Source of the DNA: Macrostomum lignano
Taxonomy: Eukaryota
NCBI GenBank assembly: GCA_002269645.1
Contig: NIVC01002595.1
Location: 8,040-72,039, forward strand
Direction: 5' to 3'
DNA length: 64,000 bases
In this document: positions 1 through 20,639 of the stretch, one piece after another
Position numbering within the stretch: position 1 is the first letter of the stretch
Layout: the number at the start of each line of letters is the position of its first letter
Notes under the pieces: generated by a model
Seen by the model: only the letters and a program-made list of their open reading frames with translations
What the model was told of the DNA's origin: nothing
Databases searched by the model: none
Program-made: the position numbers and the translations under genes

Positions 1-117
1 ATCAAAAAGGAACTTGCCCTGGTTTCTAAAATGACAATGCGGAACTCAAAGGCTTAAAAAATTTTCTGGAAGGAGCTTTGAACTCGCTCTCTGTGTGTAT
101 TGTCCCTGAGGTTCTCG

Positions 118-620
118 TCCCTGAGATCCCTGCTCACTGTGAGAATCGTCCCTGAGATCCCTGCTCACTGTGAGAATCATCACTGAGATCCCCGCTCACT
201 GTGAGAAACGTCTGTGAGATCCTCGCTTACTGTGAGAATCGTCTGTGAGATCCTCGCTTACTGTGAGAATCGTCTGTGAGATCCTCGCTTACTGTGAGAA
301 TCGTCTGTGAGATCCTCGCTTACTGTGAGAATCGTCTGTGAGATCCTCGCTTACTGTGAGAATCGTCCGTGAGATCCTCGCTCACTGTGAGAATCGTCCG
401 TGAGATCCCTGCTCACTGTGAGAATCATCACTGAGATCCCCGCTCACTGTGAGAATCATCACTGAGATCCCTGCTCACTGTGAGAATCATCCGTGAGATC
501 CCCGCTCACTGTGAGAAACGTCTGTGAGATCCCCGCTCACTGTGAGAAACGTCTGTGAGATCCCCGCTCACTGTGAGAATCGTCTGTGAGATCCTCGCTT
601 ACTGTGAGAATCGTTTCTGA
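118..620. repeat. 31-bp minisatellite (GAGATCCTCGCTTACTGTGAGAATCGTCTGT), ~16 units
   Basis: Direct tandem repetition; CTGTGAGA occurs twice per unit. Confidence 0.95.
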
Positions 621-1036
621 GATTATCAGATAGCTGGATTGAGAAATCAGGGAACAATTTCAAGGAAGAAAGAGTCATGGTTGTGTTTTCTGAAACATAG
701 CTGGTTATGCGAGGTCGACAAAGTCACTTTTGCCGTGACCCCAAACTGCAGACTGAGTCTGCCGTGAGAATTTCTGATGAAGATCCAAGCGAATTTTTCT
801 ATGGCCGAGCGCAGCTGCCTAAAGAGGCATCAATCAATGTAGTCTGCATCTTCGTGCGTTGGAGCTGCGAATAGAGCAGTGATGGATTGAAGCATGCTTG
901 CATAACACATTCTCTGACAGGAGAAGTATTTGGTAGACCCACTATTGGGACAAATATTGATGATGGGCGCGGAGGCTGCTCGACAGCTTTGTATGTTCGT
1001 ACTGCAGATTGTTTAGCTGTTAACTCAGATTTTGAC

Positions 1037-1567
<531 letters not shown>

Positions 1568-2165
1568 TTGATAGCTGTTGCCTGACTATTACGAACGCAT
1601 TCATAAAATTCAATTGCAAAAATTCATAAAACGACCCTTTCACCTTTATACTGTATTTTAATCTTAAAGACGACTTTATGAAATACATAAACTGAACTCT
1701 TACTATTTATGCTACTCACGAATTCTTTCAGTAGTTTGCATCGCTAAGTGACTGAGAAATCAATGCGAGTTGGAAGTAAGCGTCTGGTTAAGCAAATTAA
1801 TGGTGTCTTATAAATAATTACCAGCTTATCCAGCTTTTTCCTGCTTTCAAAAGTTCTCCGAAATCCCTTGCAGATAAAAAACTATTTAAAGGAATTCACA
1901 ATGTCACTCTTCATTGTCTTGTAAGGAGTGTACGATATAAATTATTAATGAATGAGAGACCTCTGAGCACAAAAATCCCAATATAGCTTTGAGTTCATTG
2001 AGTTCAAGGATGCTGGGCAAGTGAGTGATTTTGCAAGGTGGAGAGCAGGTCCATGACGATGAGTCAAGGAAATAATTAGCTGTTTCTTTGATGTGCTGCA
2101 GATGAAAATTCATAACTCCATCACTTCATTTAACTCAAAATTGTTCAAAATAGCAGATTTCGGCA

Positions 2166-9412
<7,247 letters not shown>

Positions 9413-9899
9413 TGTTTCAATGGTTGTTTTGCGTCTTCTTTCCTTGTCTTTTTAGCTTTTTTTACTTCCGCCCTTCGTCAGTTGGAAATAATGATGAGGC
9501 CACTCCCAGGTATTTCTGGTAAACCGCAAGCTTATATGCATAGCTGACTGCCCTTAACTTCCGCGTATTAATTAAGTATTAAGGGCCAAGAGACCCGCCC
9601 CATCCCTCGCCCAGCAATAATTTGCGAGTGAGTCTGGGCAGCCACTCAGCGCTGTTTAGAGCAGAATTGCTGGGAGTGGCTGGAGAGGCGGCTGCTGCTG
9701 CTGGCAGTTAGTTGTTTTTGCACTCTCATCTGCTGCTGCGGGCACCGCCCAGTGGGCGAGTCAAAGTCAAGGCCTGTTTTTGGCCTATTATGAAGAAATC
9801 ATTTTTTCATACACATTGTTAATTAGTGGATAGTTCACAAATTATCATGAAATTACTCTGTTTAATATCCATCATCTTTAAATTGTATTTTTGTGCAAT

Positions 9900-10780
9900 A
9901 TCAGGTATGCCATTTTTACAACTTCAGGATGTGCCATTTTTACAGATTCAGGATGTGCCATTTTTACAGATTCAGGATGTGCCATTTTTTACAGATTCAG
10001 GATGTGCCATTTTTACAGCTTCAGGATGTGCCATTTTTACAGCTTCAGGATGTGCCATTTTTACAGCTTCTGGATGTGTCATTTTTACAGCTTCAGGATG
10101 TGCCATTTTTTACAGATTCAGGATGTGCCATTTTTACAGCTTCAGGATGTGCCATTTTTTACAGCTTCAGGATGTGCCATTTTTACAGCTTCAGGATGTG
10201 CCATTTTTACAGCTTCAGGATGTGCCATTGTTTACAGCTTCAGGATGTGCCATTTTTACAGCTTCAGGATGTGCCATTTTTACAGCTTCAGGATGTGCCA
10301 TTTTTACAGCTTCAGGATGTGCCATTTTTACAGCTTCAGGATGTGCCATTTTTACAGCTTCTGAATGTGCCATTTTTACAGATTCAGGATGTGCCATTTT
10401 TACAGCTTCAGGATGTGCCATTTTTACAGCTTCAGGATGTGCCATTTTTACAGCTTCAGGATGTGCCATTTTTACAGCTTCTGAATGTGCCATTTTTACA
10501 GATTCAGGATGTGCCATTTTTACAGCTTCTGAATGTGCCAATTTACAGCTTCAGGATGTGCCATTTTTACAGCTTCTGAATGTGCCATTGTTTAAACTTC
10601 AAGATGTGAACTTTTACAACTTGAGGATGTGTACTTTAAAAATTTCAGAATGTGTACTTTTACAACTTCAGGATGTGTACTTTTACAACTTCAGGATGTG
10701 TACTTTTACAACTTCAGGATATGTACTTTTATAACTTCAGGATATGTACTTTTACAACTTCAGGATGCGCCAATTTTACA
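9900..10780. repeat. 24-bp minisatellite (CAGGATGTGCCATTTTTACAGCTT), ~36 units
   Basis: Direct reading; units diverge toward 10780. Confidence 0.95.
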
Positions 10781-11285
10781 ATGTGCCAATTATCTAGATT
10801 TAAGACGATATGTATCGAAATAATAGCTGTAAGATTAACACATTTCAGACTGCCGACAAAGCTTTATTAAACTTCTTTAATTTCGTAAAATTGATTGACA
10901 AGGCTGGCACAATGTCAGAATCGTTGCAAGCGGATGCCAGCTGGTCGGCAAAGCCGAATTGACAAAGGCTGGGGAGACTGGGTTCCCGAGATCATTCATT
11001 GACTGCCTTTGTAGTGGACTTAATGCAGTGGACTCTGCGGAAATCGGTAAGCGGATTTGAAGACTGGCTGACTCTCTTAACAAATCTCTCTGAGCAGACT
11101 GGGGACAGGCCGCATTGTTCTGACAGCTGTCCTAATTTTAGCTGGATAAATAAGTTCCTGTAGCGGAATCCCTGCGTTGCTAAGCGGAGAGTTTTAGGCT
11201 GTCATTATAGCGTGACCGAGAGGTCCCATGAAGGATCCTTAACTGCTGCCGGACCAGACTCACTGCTCTGCTTAATGCTTTTTAA

Positions 11286-12800
11286 GTGGCACAGTCCTGA
11301 CACAAGTTTGATTTCTCAATGGCACAGTCCTGACACAAGTTTGATTTCTCAAATGGTACAGTCCTGACACAAGTTTGATTTCTCAAATGGCACAGTCCTG
11401 ACACAAGTGTGATTTCTCAAATGGCACAGTCCTGACACAAGTGTGATTTCTCAAATGGCACAGTCCTGACACAAGTGTGATTTCTCAAATGGCACAGTCC
11501 TGACACAAGTGTGATTTCTCAAATGGCACAGTCCTGACACAAGTTTGATTTCTCAAATGGCACAGTCCTGACACAAGTTTGATTTCTCAAATGGTACAGT
11601 CCTGACACAAGTTTGATTTCTCAAATAGCAGAGGCTTAACACAAGTGTGATTTTTCAAATGGTACAGTCCTGACACAAGTGTGATTTCTCAAATGGCACA
11701 GTCCTGACACAAGTTTGATTTCTCAAATGGTACAGTCCTGACACAAGTGTGATTTCTCAAATGGTACAGTCCTGACACAAGTGTGATTTTTCAAATGGCA
11801 CAGTCCTGACACAAGTGTGATTTCTCAAATGGCACAGTCCTGACACAAGTTTGATTTCTCAAATGGCACAGTCCTGACACAAGTTTGATTTCTCAAATGG
11901 TACAGTCCTGACACAAGTTTGATTTCTCAAATAGCAGAGGCTTGACACAAGTGTGATTTCTTAAATAACACAGTCCTGACACAAGTGTGATTTCTCAAAT
12001 AGCAGAGGCTTGACACAAGTGTGATTTCTTAAATAACACAGTCCTGACACAAGTGTGATTTCTCAAATGGCACAGTCCTGACACAAGTGTGATTTCTCAA
12101 ATGGCACAGTCCTGACACAAGTTTGATTTCTCAAATGGTACAGTCCTGACACAAATTTGATTTCTCAAATAGCAGAGGCTTGACACAAGTGTGATTTCTC
12201 AAATGGTACAGTCCTGACACAAGTGTGATTTCTCAAATGACACAGTCCTGACACAAGTGTGATTTCTTAAATAACACAGTCCTGACACAAGTGTGATTTC
12301 TCAAATGGCACAGTCCTGACACAAGTGTGATTTCTTAAATAACACAGTCCTGACACAAGTGTGATTTCTCAAATGGCACAGTCCTGACACAAGTGTGATT
12401 TCTCAAATGGCACAGTCCTAACACAAGTTTGATTTCTCAAATGGCACAGTCCTGACACAAGTGTGATTTCTCAAATGGCACAGTCCTGACACAAGTTTGA
12501 TTTCTCAAATGGCACAGTCCTGACACAAGCTTGATTTCCCCATGGCACAGTCCTGACACAAGTGTGATTTCTTAAATAACACAGTCCTGACACAAGTGTG
12601 ATTTCTCAAATGGCACAGTCCTTACACAAGTGTGATTTCTCAAATGGCACAGTCCTAACACAAATTTGATTTCTCAAATGGCACAGTCCTGACACAAGTG
12701 TGATTTCTAAAATGGCACAGTCCTGACACAAGTGTGATTTCTCAAATGGCACAGTCCTGACACAAGCTTGATTTCCCCATGGCACAGTCCTGACACAAGT
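11286..12800. repeat. 34-bp minisatellite (GGCACAGTCCTGACACAAGTGTGATTTCTCAAAT), ~45 units
   Basis: Direct reading. Confidence 0.97.
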
Positions 12801-13617
12801 CTGAATTCGCTGATGTCGCAGATAAGTCATCAGTTAATGTTTTGTTCAAGCCAGTAAATATTTTGTGAGGATTTCTACAAAAGATGGAATAGCACCGGAA
12901 TTGATTAATTAAGGCATTAAGATGTTGCGTGAGTGGATGAAATACTTGAATAGAAAAGCTTGAAGAGAAGTCTTAGGCACATAGATTCCAAATAAGGAAT
13001 ATTGAATGACAGATATATCCAAAGCAATTTGGGGCAGATCCAATATTACTGTTAAATTCTGCTCCTTCCTCACTAATTCACTAATCAATTGATGGATACC
13101 AAAATAAGCATCAGAGAAGCTTGCACGCAGACCGCTGTCAATCAAATTCTGAATCATGGGGCTACAAAAATCAATTTCATTTATTATCTTTCCCACAGAA
13201 CGGTACTTTTAGTGTTTGTGAGAAATTTGCACATCAGTGCTAATTTCTTCATGAGTCATTGTGCATATTTTATTATAATTCTCTTCCTAGGATTCTGGAC
13301 CATGACGCTGATGGAATCCAGAATTGCTGGAATGATCCTCAGGTGCACCGCCCCGAGACCGTGATGCGGGCTTCTATTCTAACAGTAAAACATTAAATTT
13401 GTCAGCTTTATTGCGTCCTTTATTAACATATTTATAGTACTTAAATTTAACAAGCCAATATTTACAAACAACAACATAAAATTACACAGGAAGTGCTACT
13501 AACAGTAGGTAAAACAAGACTGTAATTTATCTGATTAGTGACCATATTTAATGCGGATTTTCCTATTGATTCTCTTAAAATCAGCAAACCAATTGTGTCA
13601 AATGATATCACATGTAT

Positions 13618-14370
13618 TTGTCAGCTTGAGTCACAGATGCTGTCGGCTTGAGTCACAGGATGCTGTCAGCTTGAGTCACAGGATTCTGTCGGCTTGAGTC
13701 ACAGGATGCTGTCAGATTGAGTCACAGGATGCTGTCAGACTGAGTCACAGGATGCTGTCAGACTGAGTCACAGGATACTGTCCGATTGAGTCACAGGATG
13801 CTGCCATATTGCGTCACAGGATGCTGGCATATTGCGTGACAGGATGCTGTCAGGTTGAGTCACATGCTGTTGTCATATTAAGTCACATGATGCTGTCAGG
13901 TTGAGTCACAGGATGCTGTCAGGTTGAGTCACATGCTGTTGTCATATTGAGTCACATGATGCTGTCAGGTTGAGTCACAGGATGCTGTCAGGTTGAGTCA
14001 CATGCTGTTGTCATATTGAGTCACAGGATGCTGTCAGGTTGAGTCACATGCTGTTGTCATATTGAGTCACAGGATGCTGTCAGGTTGAGTCACATGCTGT
14101 TGTCATATTGAGTCACATGATGCTGTCAGGTTGAGTCACAGGATGCTGTCAGGTCGAGTCACAGGATGCTGTCAGATTGAGTCACAGGATGCTGTCAGAC
14201 TGAGTCACAGGATACTGTCAGATTGAGTCACAAGATGCTGTCAAGTTGCATCACATGATGCTGTCAGGTTGAATCACAGGATGCTGTCAGATTTAGTCAC
14301 ATATTGATGTCAGCACGAGTCACATGATCTTGGCTGCATGAGTCACATCTTGTCAGGTTGGGTCACATTG
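13618..14370. repeat. 23-bp minisatellite (GATGCTGTCAGATTGAGTCACAG) upstream of Dmrt, ~32 units
   Basis: Direct reading. Confidence 0.95.
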
Positions 14371-14669
14371 TCGAATTTAGTCTTCATATTATCGAATCTT
14401 GGCGATCTCAGCGAAGTCCGTAGGTACAATCCATAATTTTCAGCTTTCAATCCAGTTTACGAAATCACGAGCTGTCACGACAGTCTAAGTTATAAATTTG
14501 GCTTAACCTACAAGTTGAAAAAATTTATTTGTTAATACCCTACTTACATAAGTAGTCAATATCGAACAAAACTGTTTCCCGAGCCGGCAGGAGCGGCAAA
14601 GCGGCAAGCAGTAGCAGCCCCACCCCAGAGCACCCCACCCCGCCTTAACCGAAAATTCGCGAACCCCAG

Positions 14670-14820
14670 CCGCCCAGCCAATGAGTGGCAACCCGCCGCT
14701 AAGCGTTGGGTCTCGCCTCCATTGCAAATTGACTGACATGAGGGGTGGCCGGCTGGCTTGGAAACTCCAGCGCGCCCAGACTATAAATTCACCGTTCTGG
14801 CGGCCTCCCATTGACAACAA
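14670..14820 (+). promoter_or_regulatory. Candidate core promoter of the Dmrt gene
   Basis: CCAAT at 14678-14682, TATAAA at 14782-14787 and an Inr-like CCATTG about 27 nt downstream, ~85 nt before the ATG at 14898. Motif spacing only; no transcript evidence. Confidence 0.45.
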
Positions 14821-14897
14821 GAGCCACTTCTCTCGGCTTGTACCACCTTGAGAAGGCATCGTGTTTGCAGAACCCTTTGGCAAGACAGACAGATAAA

Positions 14898-17800
14898 ATG
14901 TCCACCGAAGAGAACCCCGACTCGCCCACTGAGATGGACTCGGCCGAGACAGCTTCGGGCTACGGCGGCGGCGGCGGCGGCTACGGCTCGCACCCGCTGT
15001 TCCTGCGCGCCTCGGACCGGTATCCAAGGACGCCGAAGTGCGCCAGGTGCCGCAATCACGGCGTAGTCTCGGCGTTGAAAGGTGAGAACAAATAGAAGTC
15101 GCATGATGCTGTCAGATTGAGTCACAGGATGGTGTCAGCTTGAGTCACAGAATGCTGTCAGATTGAGTCACAGGATTCTGTCAGCTTGAGTCACAGAATG
15201 CTGTCAGATTGAGTCACAGGATTCTGTCAGGTTGAGTCACAGAATGCTGTCAGATTGAGTCACAGGATGCTGTCAGATTGAGTCACAGGATTCTGTCAGG
15301 TTGAGTCACAGGATTCTGTCCGTTTGAGTCACAGGATGCTGTCAGATTGAGTCACAGGATGCTGTCCGCTTGAGTCACAGGATGCTGTCAGCTTGCATCA
15401 CAGGATGTTGTCAGATTGAGTCACAGGATGTTGTCAGGTCGAGTCACAGGATGCTGTCAGATTGAGTCACAGCTAGGATGTTGTCAGATTGAGTCACAGG
15501 ATGTTGTCAGGTCGAGTCACAGGATGCTGTCAGCTTGAGTCACAGGATGCTGTCAGCTTGAGTCACAGGATGTTGTCAGATTGAGTCACAGGATGTTGTC
15601 AGGTCGAGTCACAGGATGTTTTCAGATTGAGTCACAGGATGCTGTCAGCTTGAGTCACAGGATGCTGTCAGCTTGAGTCACAGGATAGCTTCTAAGGATC
15701 TTATATTCCACTCTGACCATAGCAACAGTCCATTAGTTGAACAGTCCATGTTAATCTGAATTCTGTTTCGCCAGGTCACAAGCGCTACTGCCGCTGGAAA
15801 GACTGCATGTGCACCAAGTGCACCCTGATCTCCGAACGGCAGCGGGTCATGGCGGCTCAGGTGGCGCTGCGCCGCCAACAGGCCCAGGAGGAGCAGGAGG
15901 CCAGGGAGCTCGGGCTGCTGTATGGCCCTGGCGGCCTGCTGCAGATCAACACGGAGCATCCGCACCCGGACACTCAGCCAGTGCTTGAAGCCGGCGACAC
16001 CGTGGCTAATAAGTCAGCCGGAAGCGGAAGCGGAGACGCTGGAAGAGGTGAGTTGATAGAGAGATGAAATCGAGGAAGCAAGAGCAGTCACGCCCACTCT
16101 GCTGATCCCTGAGCACGCACACACTGATACGTACGCAGGCTCACAGGGTGTACAGCGGTCCTGACTTTCCTATCGTCAGGCATGTACAGCAAGACAGCCC
16201 CCCCCCGCCGGCCAATTTTCGTGCTCAACCTCGAAATCAAAGCAGGGGTTGCGGCGCGAGAGTCAGAGATGCGTTTACCACTAAGCTGCAGTACAGACCC
16301 ATGCATGGCATTTCATTTCCTTTCAGTTCGGTCACGAAGTCCTCATCCGCACGTTGAATTTTTATGTTCTAGATTAAATTAGCTAGCCCCCCCCCCGGTT
16401 ATTGCCATAGAACTAATTTTAAACTGTTGTGCAACTGATCAGAGCCCGCCGCCTCAGCCATTTATCAGAGCAAACAAAACAAATTTTCAAAACTTCTCCA
16501 CTCGCATGGGAAATCTTTGGCTGCCTGCATGCTTGTTTGTCTCTTGACATGGTGCGGCGGTTTTTGTTGCTAAGCTAGGAGGGGGGTCACTATAGTTGTT
16601 CCAGTTCGAACTGATCAAACCAACACACAGACTACTTGGATTCTCAGATTTCAGTTTTTTTACTAATGCTCAAATTGTATTTAATAAGCCATTTAAACTT
16701 GAAGTTACCTGGTCGGGGGCCTTCTAACCGCATTGCTTACGTATAGAGAGTAGAAGTGAAGGTTTAGCAAACACAGAGTGGCCAAAAACCTTTCTCTTAT
16801 CCTAAGTTTGGTTGCCTTTGCCACTCTGTACAAATAAGCCAATAGGGGGATAGAGAACTGTCTTGCATTCTGCCACTGGCACTGTCCGTACCCCTGTAGC
16901 ACTGTGCCCATTTTCGCTGATCAGAGACTAAATACTCTCGAGAATCTCTCTCTAAGCTAGCAGTTGCTCGACTTGGACAGACGACTTAGCAGCAATATTT
17001 GTATTGTTGGCCGGCTTGTCGGGGGTCCCCACCCTACCTATACAGTGGCTAACGCTCGAGGGCCCCAGCTTTCCACGACTGCAGAGGGAGGGGGGCTAAA
17101 TAGTAAACCTGATACTGAGCAAACAGGGGCCGCAACACACCAGCTTTAGTGGCCAAGGGGGCTGGTTGGTTGCCTGCTCATTGGAGATGTTCAGGCCGAT
17201 CCGCTGCGCATTGTCAAAAAGTCGCTTTTGTCGAAAGCGTTTCAACCGAAAACGACTGACTGGGGGGGGGGGGCTGTCTTAATAAATAAAGCTGGCGCGG
17301 CCTCCAGGTGGGTTTTCGGGTGCTCGGGGCGCGTGCTCGGGGGCCTTTTAAATATCGGTTTATCGCCCAACCCCAGGAGAATTTGTGTAAGACTACACCA
17401 CTGCAAATGTTGGTAGATGCCAAATTTCTCATTACTAATTTCTCTCCTCTCCTCTGCCTGTCTATCTTTATCTGTCTCATCTGTTCTTCTTACACTGGAA
17501 GCAGAAGACAGTTAGATGTTAAACCGTCTGCCCAGCTCTCAGTGACAATAAAGTTTTGGTAAAAAAAACGCATTTCTCTTAGACTACTCTACTTCTGTTT
17601 GTTTGCGCTGCGTGTCAGGCGCGATGAGAGCAAGCCATTCTCCCAATAGCTTCTTGTATTTCTTGTCGAATTCAGCTCCTAGAAGAAGCATCTCTGATTT
17701 CCTCTTTACTCTCACTTTCTGTCCGACAAAGCGTCACCTGCACTCCACCCAGCGACAGCAGCAGCATCCAAGCTCTGTCATCTAAGCCTTCATCATCAGC

Positions 17801-20639
17801 ATTCCGGCATTCCGGTTTCGGCAATGCAGCACCTTCTTTAAAATGCACGGCGGCGCGCGTCCCTGCTGTTGACTGAGTTCTCTCTGCAGATACGTGTTAA
17901 AATCAGCATTGGCGCGAGAATTCCTGGAAAAAAAGGCTAGTTGGCAAAGTCTTCCAAGTGGCAAACCAGATGACGCAACGCTCCGCATACGGAGGCTGGA
18001 CTGAGATTTGAGCAAGCAGCCGATTATCCCGCCAGGATTAGCCATCGCTTGGGGAGGTGGGAGCTCGGGTGTGAACCTCTTCATACTGCCGGTCAAGTTG
18101 ACAGATTTTGAGCAGGATTTGGAGGACTGAGGCGAGAAGACGGCCAACTTATTGGGCAATTTGGTCAACTGCTTGGAACTGCATTGCGCCCTCTCACCCA
18201 TGCCTTTATGGTTTTGCGCGAAAATTGCCTGTCGACAAAATTTGACGCTCGGAACTGAAGTAAATCTTCTTCGAGTTTGAGGTTGACTGACTGGAGGGGT
18301 ATAGATAGCTTCTGGGATTGGGATTACAGAAATATGGGGATATGACGCCGACAAAAAAGGGGAAAATTATCCCCTATGAAGTGGATATCCCATGGAGGCA
18401 GCGCTCTTGAGAGTCAAGCATCGACAGCGGTTGACAGGGAGGGGGGGTTGGTGGAGCCACACGGTACAAGAGACAGAAATAAGATTTTTGCCCACTCGAT
18501 GGGCCAAATTGATGGGGCAAAAAAATCTGTCCATTTCGGCAGCGCAATGGGCTAAGAGGAAGTGGGGTCAGCTCTATGCTCAAAAACCATCCTCTAAAAA
18601 GGCTAAAAAGGCCCTTATATTGAACAGACAGACAGGGTGGTCTTGAGTTGTTAAGGCTGTAAGCAAGCAGTCGATAAACACACACATACACACACAGACA
18701 CTTAAACTGCAAGGCCACTTCCGTTAGACCTCTCTATATTTGCCGAATCTGCTGTCTATCAGTCCAGAATCCACCGAGATTTCATCAATCTGTATAGGTA
18801 TCTGGGGGGGGGGGGCGGTCCGGTGTAACCCGAATATTTGTTTCCTTTCTTTCAACTTGAAGCAGAAAACCGCTGCATTTGGAACTGGATGGGATGGCTA
18901 TGGGAGTTCCCCAGCATCCTAACTTAATCTTCATCATCAAGCCGCTTAGCGAATGCCAGTCAGTTGGAATTTGGTAAAGAAATTATCAAGAAAGTTTTTT
19001 GCATTTTTAACTTGGGGGGAGGGGCAAACTGCATGGAGCTTCTGCTTGCTTTGTTTTTGTAGCGCAAAAGGGAGAAGAGGCGAAGGGAGAGAGAGAAATG
19101 ATGAAGCGAGCTGCAGGTGGGAGGGGAGTCTGGGAGCTACAGCCGAAGGGCGGTGTCTTTAAGTGTGTCTTGATTCAGCATGCTTCAAGAGCTGGCATTC
19201 AGTTCGGACACTTATGGCCGCTGCCTCCCCCTCCTCCGGGCTAAGAAGTGGCTATGAAGTGTCAAGTGCGAGCCGCTGCTGCAGCCTCCCCGCTGCTTCA
19301 TCAAAGATTTTTAGCCCGCATATAACCCTTACCTCATTCCCATCCTCTCTCCATGGGGAAAATCCGCCACTCCAATCTTCTGTTTTGGATTTTGGGACCC
19401 GGCCATGGGAGCCAGTGAATTATCGCATTGCTGCGGCTGAAGGCAAACAACCGCGCCTCTCTCTCCTCCGCTGCGGTTGTGAAACAATATACAGCAATGC
19501 CTCATCAACGATTGCCTCTCTTTTTTAATTTGCACACAAGTCGGAATCCCCACTGACATGCCTATGAAGTTGCACAGAGCGTTCAGGGGTCGGGTTGCAG
19601 CAATCAAATATTCTATTGTTCAATCGCTTTCAACTGTTCAGGCAGCGAGGCTGCGTGCCAGCACCGGCACCCGGCCAAGCGAGCCCGGTCTTCCGCCTCT
19701 GCAGCCGACTCCGACGAAGTTCCAGCAGTTGTCGACGATGCTGACGACGACAATGCCGCCGACAAAGACGATGAGGACGGCGAGAACAATGAAGCAGGTC
19801 ACGTGACAGCTGCTGCTGCGGCTGCAGCGGCGGCGGCGGCTGCTGCTCAGGGCCTCGGCATGCTCAGCCGCGTGTTCCCGACGGTGAAGCTCGACACTCT
19901 GCAGTCGGTGCTCGCCGCCACCGATGGCGATGTTGTCAAAGCGATCGAACGAGTCCTTAGCAACCCGAGCATACCGATCAAAGAGGCCGCCCAGCAGGCC
20001 AGGGAGATGGCCGGCGGCGGAGGCGAAGGTCGACGGTCAGCATCGAAGAAGGGCGGCAGCGGCGGCGGGGGCGGCGGCCGCATGAAGGACCGCCCTGGCC
20101 AAGTCGGCGTCAGCAGCGGCAGCGGCGGCGGCGGCTTCGGGCCGATGCTGGGCAGCCCGGGCGCGCTGTTCCGGCCCTACCTGACCGAGTCGGGCGGCCT
20201 CCCGCCAGTCAGCCTGGCAGCGGCCGGGCAGCCCGGCGGCTTCCCGCCGGCCCTGTTCGGCGCCGATCCACTGTTCTCCGCAACTGGGCCGGCGTCCGGC
20301 CCTGCGCGCAGCCTGCCGCTGCCGTTCCCCTACCATCCCGTGTTCTCGCAGTTCCTCGGCCAGCAGCCAATCTGCTCTGGCGCCGCCGCTGGTTTGGCGC
20401 CGCCGCCGCCGCCTTACTCGGCCGCCGGCCTGTTCGCGCCTGCTGCCGCCGCCGCCGCCGCCGCTGCTGCTGCTGCAGCCGCCGCCGCCGCCTCCTCCTC
20501 TTCGAATGGCGGCCTGCCGAGGCCGCACCCGCTGCAGCCGCCGCCGCCGCCGCTGCCGGCGCACCTTCATCAGCCGCCGATGCCGCCTCTGTCGCAGATG
20601 TCGCTACCGCCGGCCAGCTCGATTTCGTCGACAGATTAA
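14898..20639 (+). CDS. DMRTA2: DMRTA-class (Dmrt4/5, dmrt99B-like) doublesex/mab-3 DM-domain transcription factor, 484 aa, 3 coding exons
   Basis: Exons 14898-15081, 15775-16047, 19642-20639 (both introns phase 1, GT-AG). DM domain [19 protein letters not shown]|[39 protein letters not shown] followed by [11 protein letters not shown] domain [32 protein letters not shown] in exon 3. Poly-Ala/Pro-rich C-terminus. The symbol denotes the DMRTA1/2 orthology group, not a 1:1 call. Confidence 0.93.
15101..15685. repeat. Same 23-bp minisatellite in Dmrt intron 1, ~25 units
   Basis: Direct reading; same unit and orientation as 13618-14370. Confidence 0.95.

Noticed and set aside
9826-10870. Several overlapping repetitive ORFs (GCAIFTAS, FRMCHFYS, LQDVPFLQ)
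   Set aside because: All frames are open because the 24-bp unit is stop-free; no splice or start context.
11286-12800. CRISPR-like appearance of regular 31-46-bp arrays (also 33026-35422)
   Set aside because: Head-to-tail units with no unique spacers, no cas genes, and a spliced eukaryotic context.
12909-13196. 95-codon AT-rich minus-strand ORF between satellites
   Set aside because: GTG start with a stop just upstream, no splice signals or motif recognised; cannot be supported without a search.
14898-20639. Sex-determination locus because of the DM domain
   Set aside because: DMA domain and ARELGLLY place it in the DMRTA class, mostly known for neural roles; nothing in the sequence indicates sex linkage.
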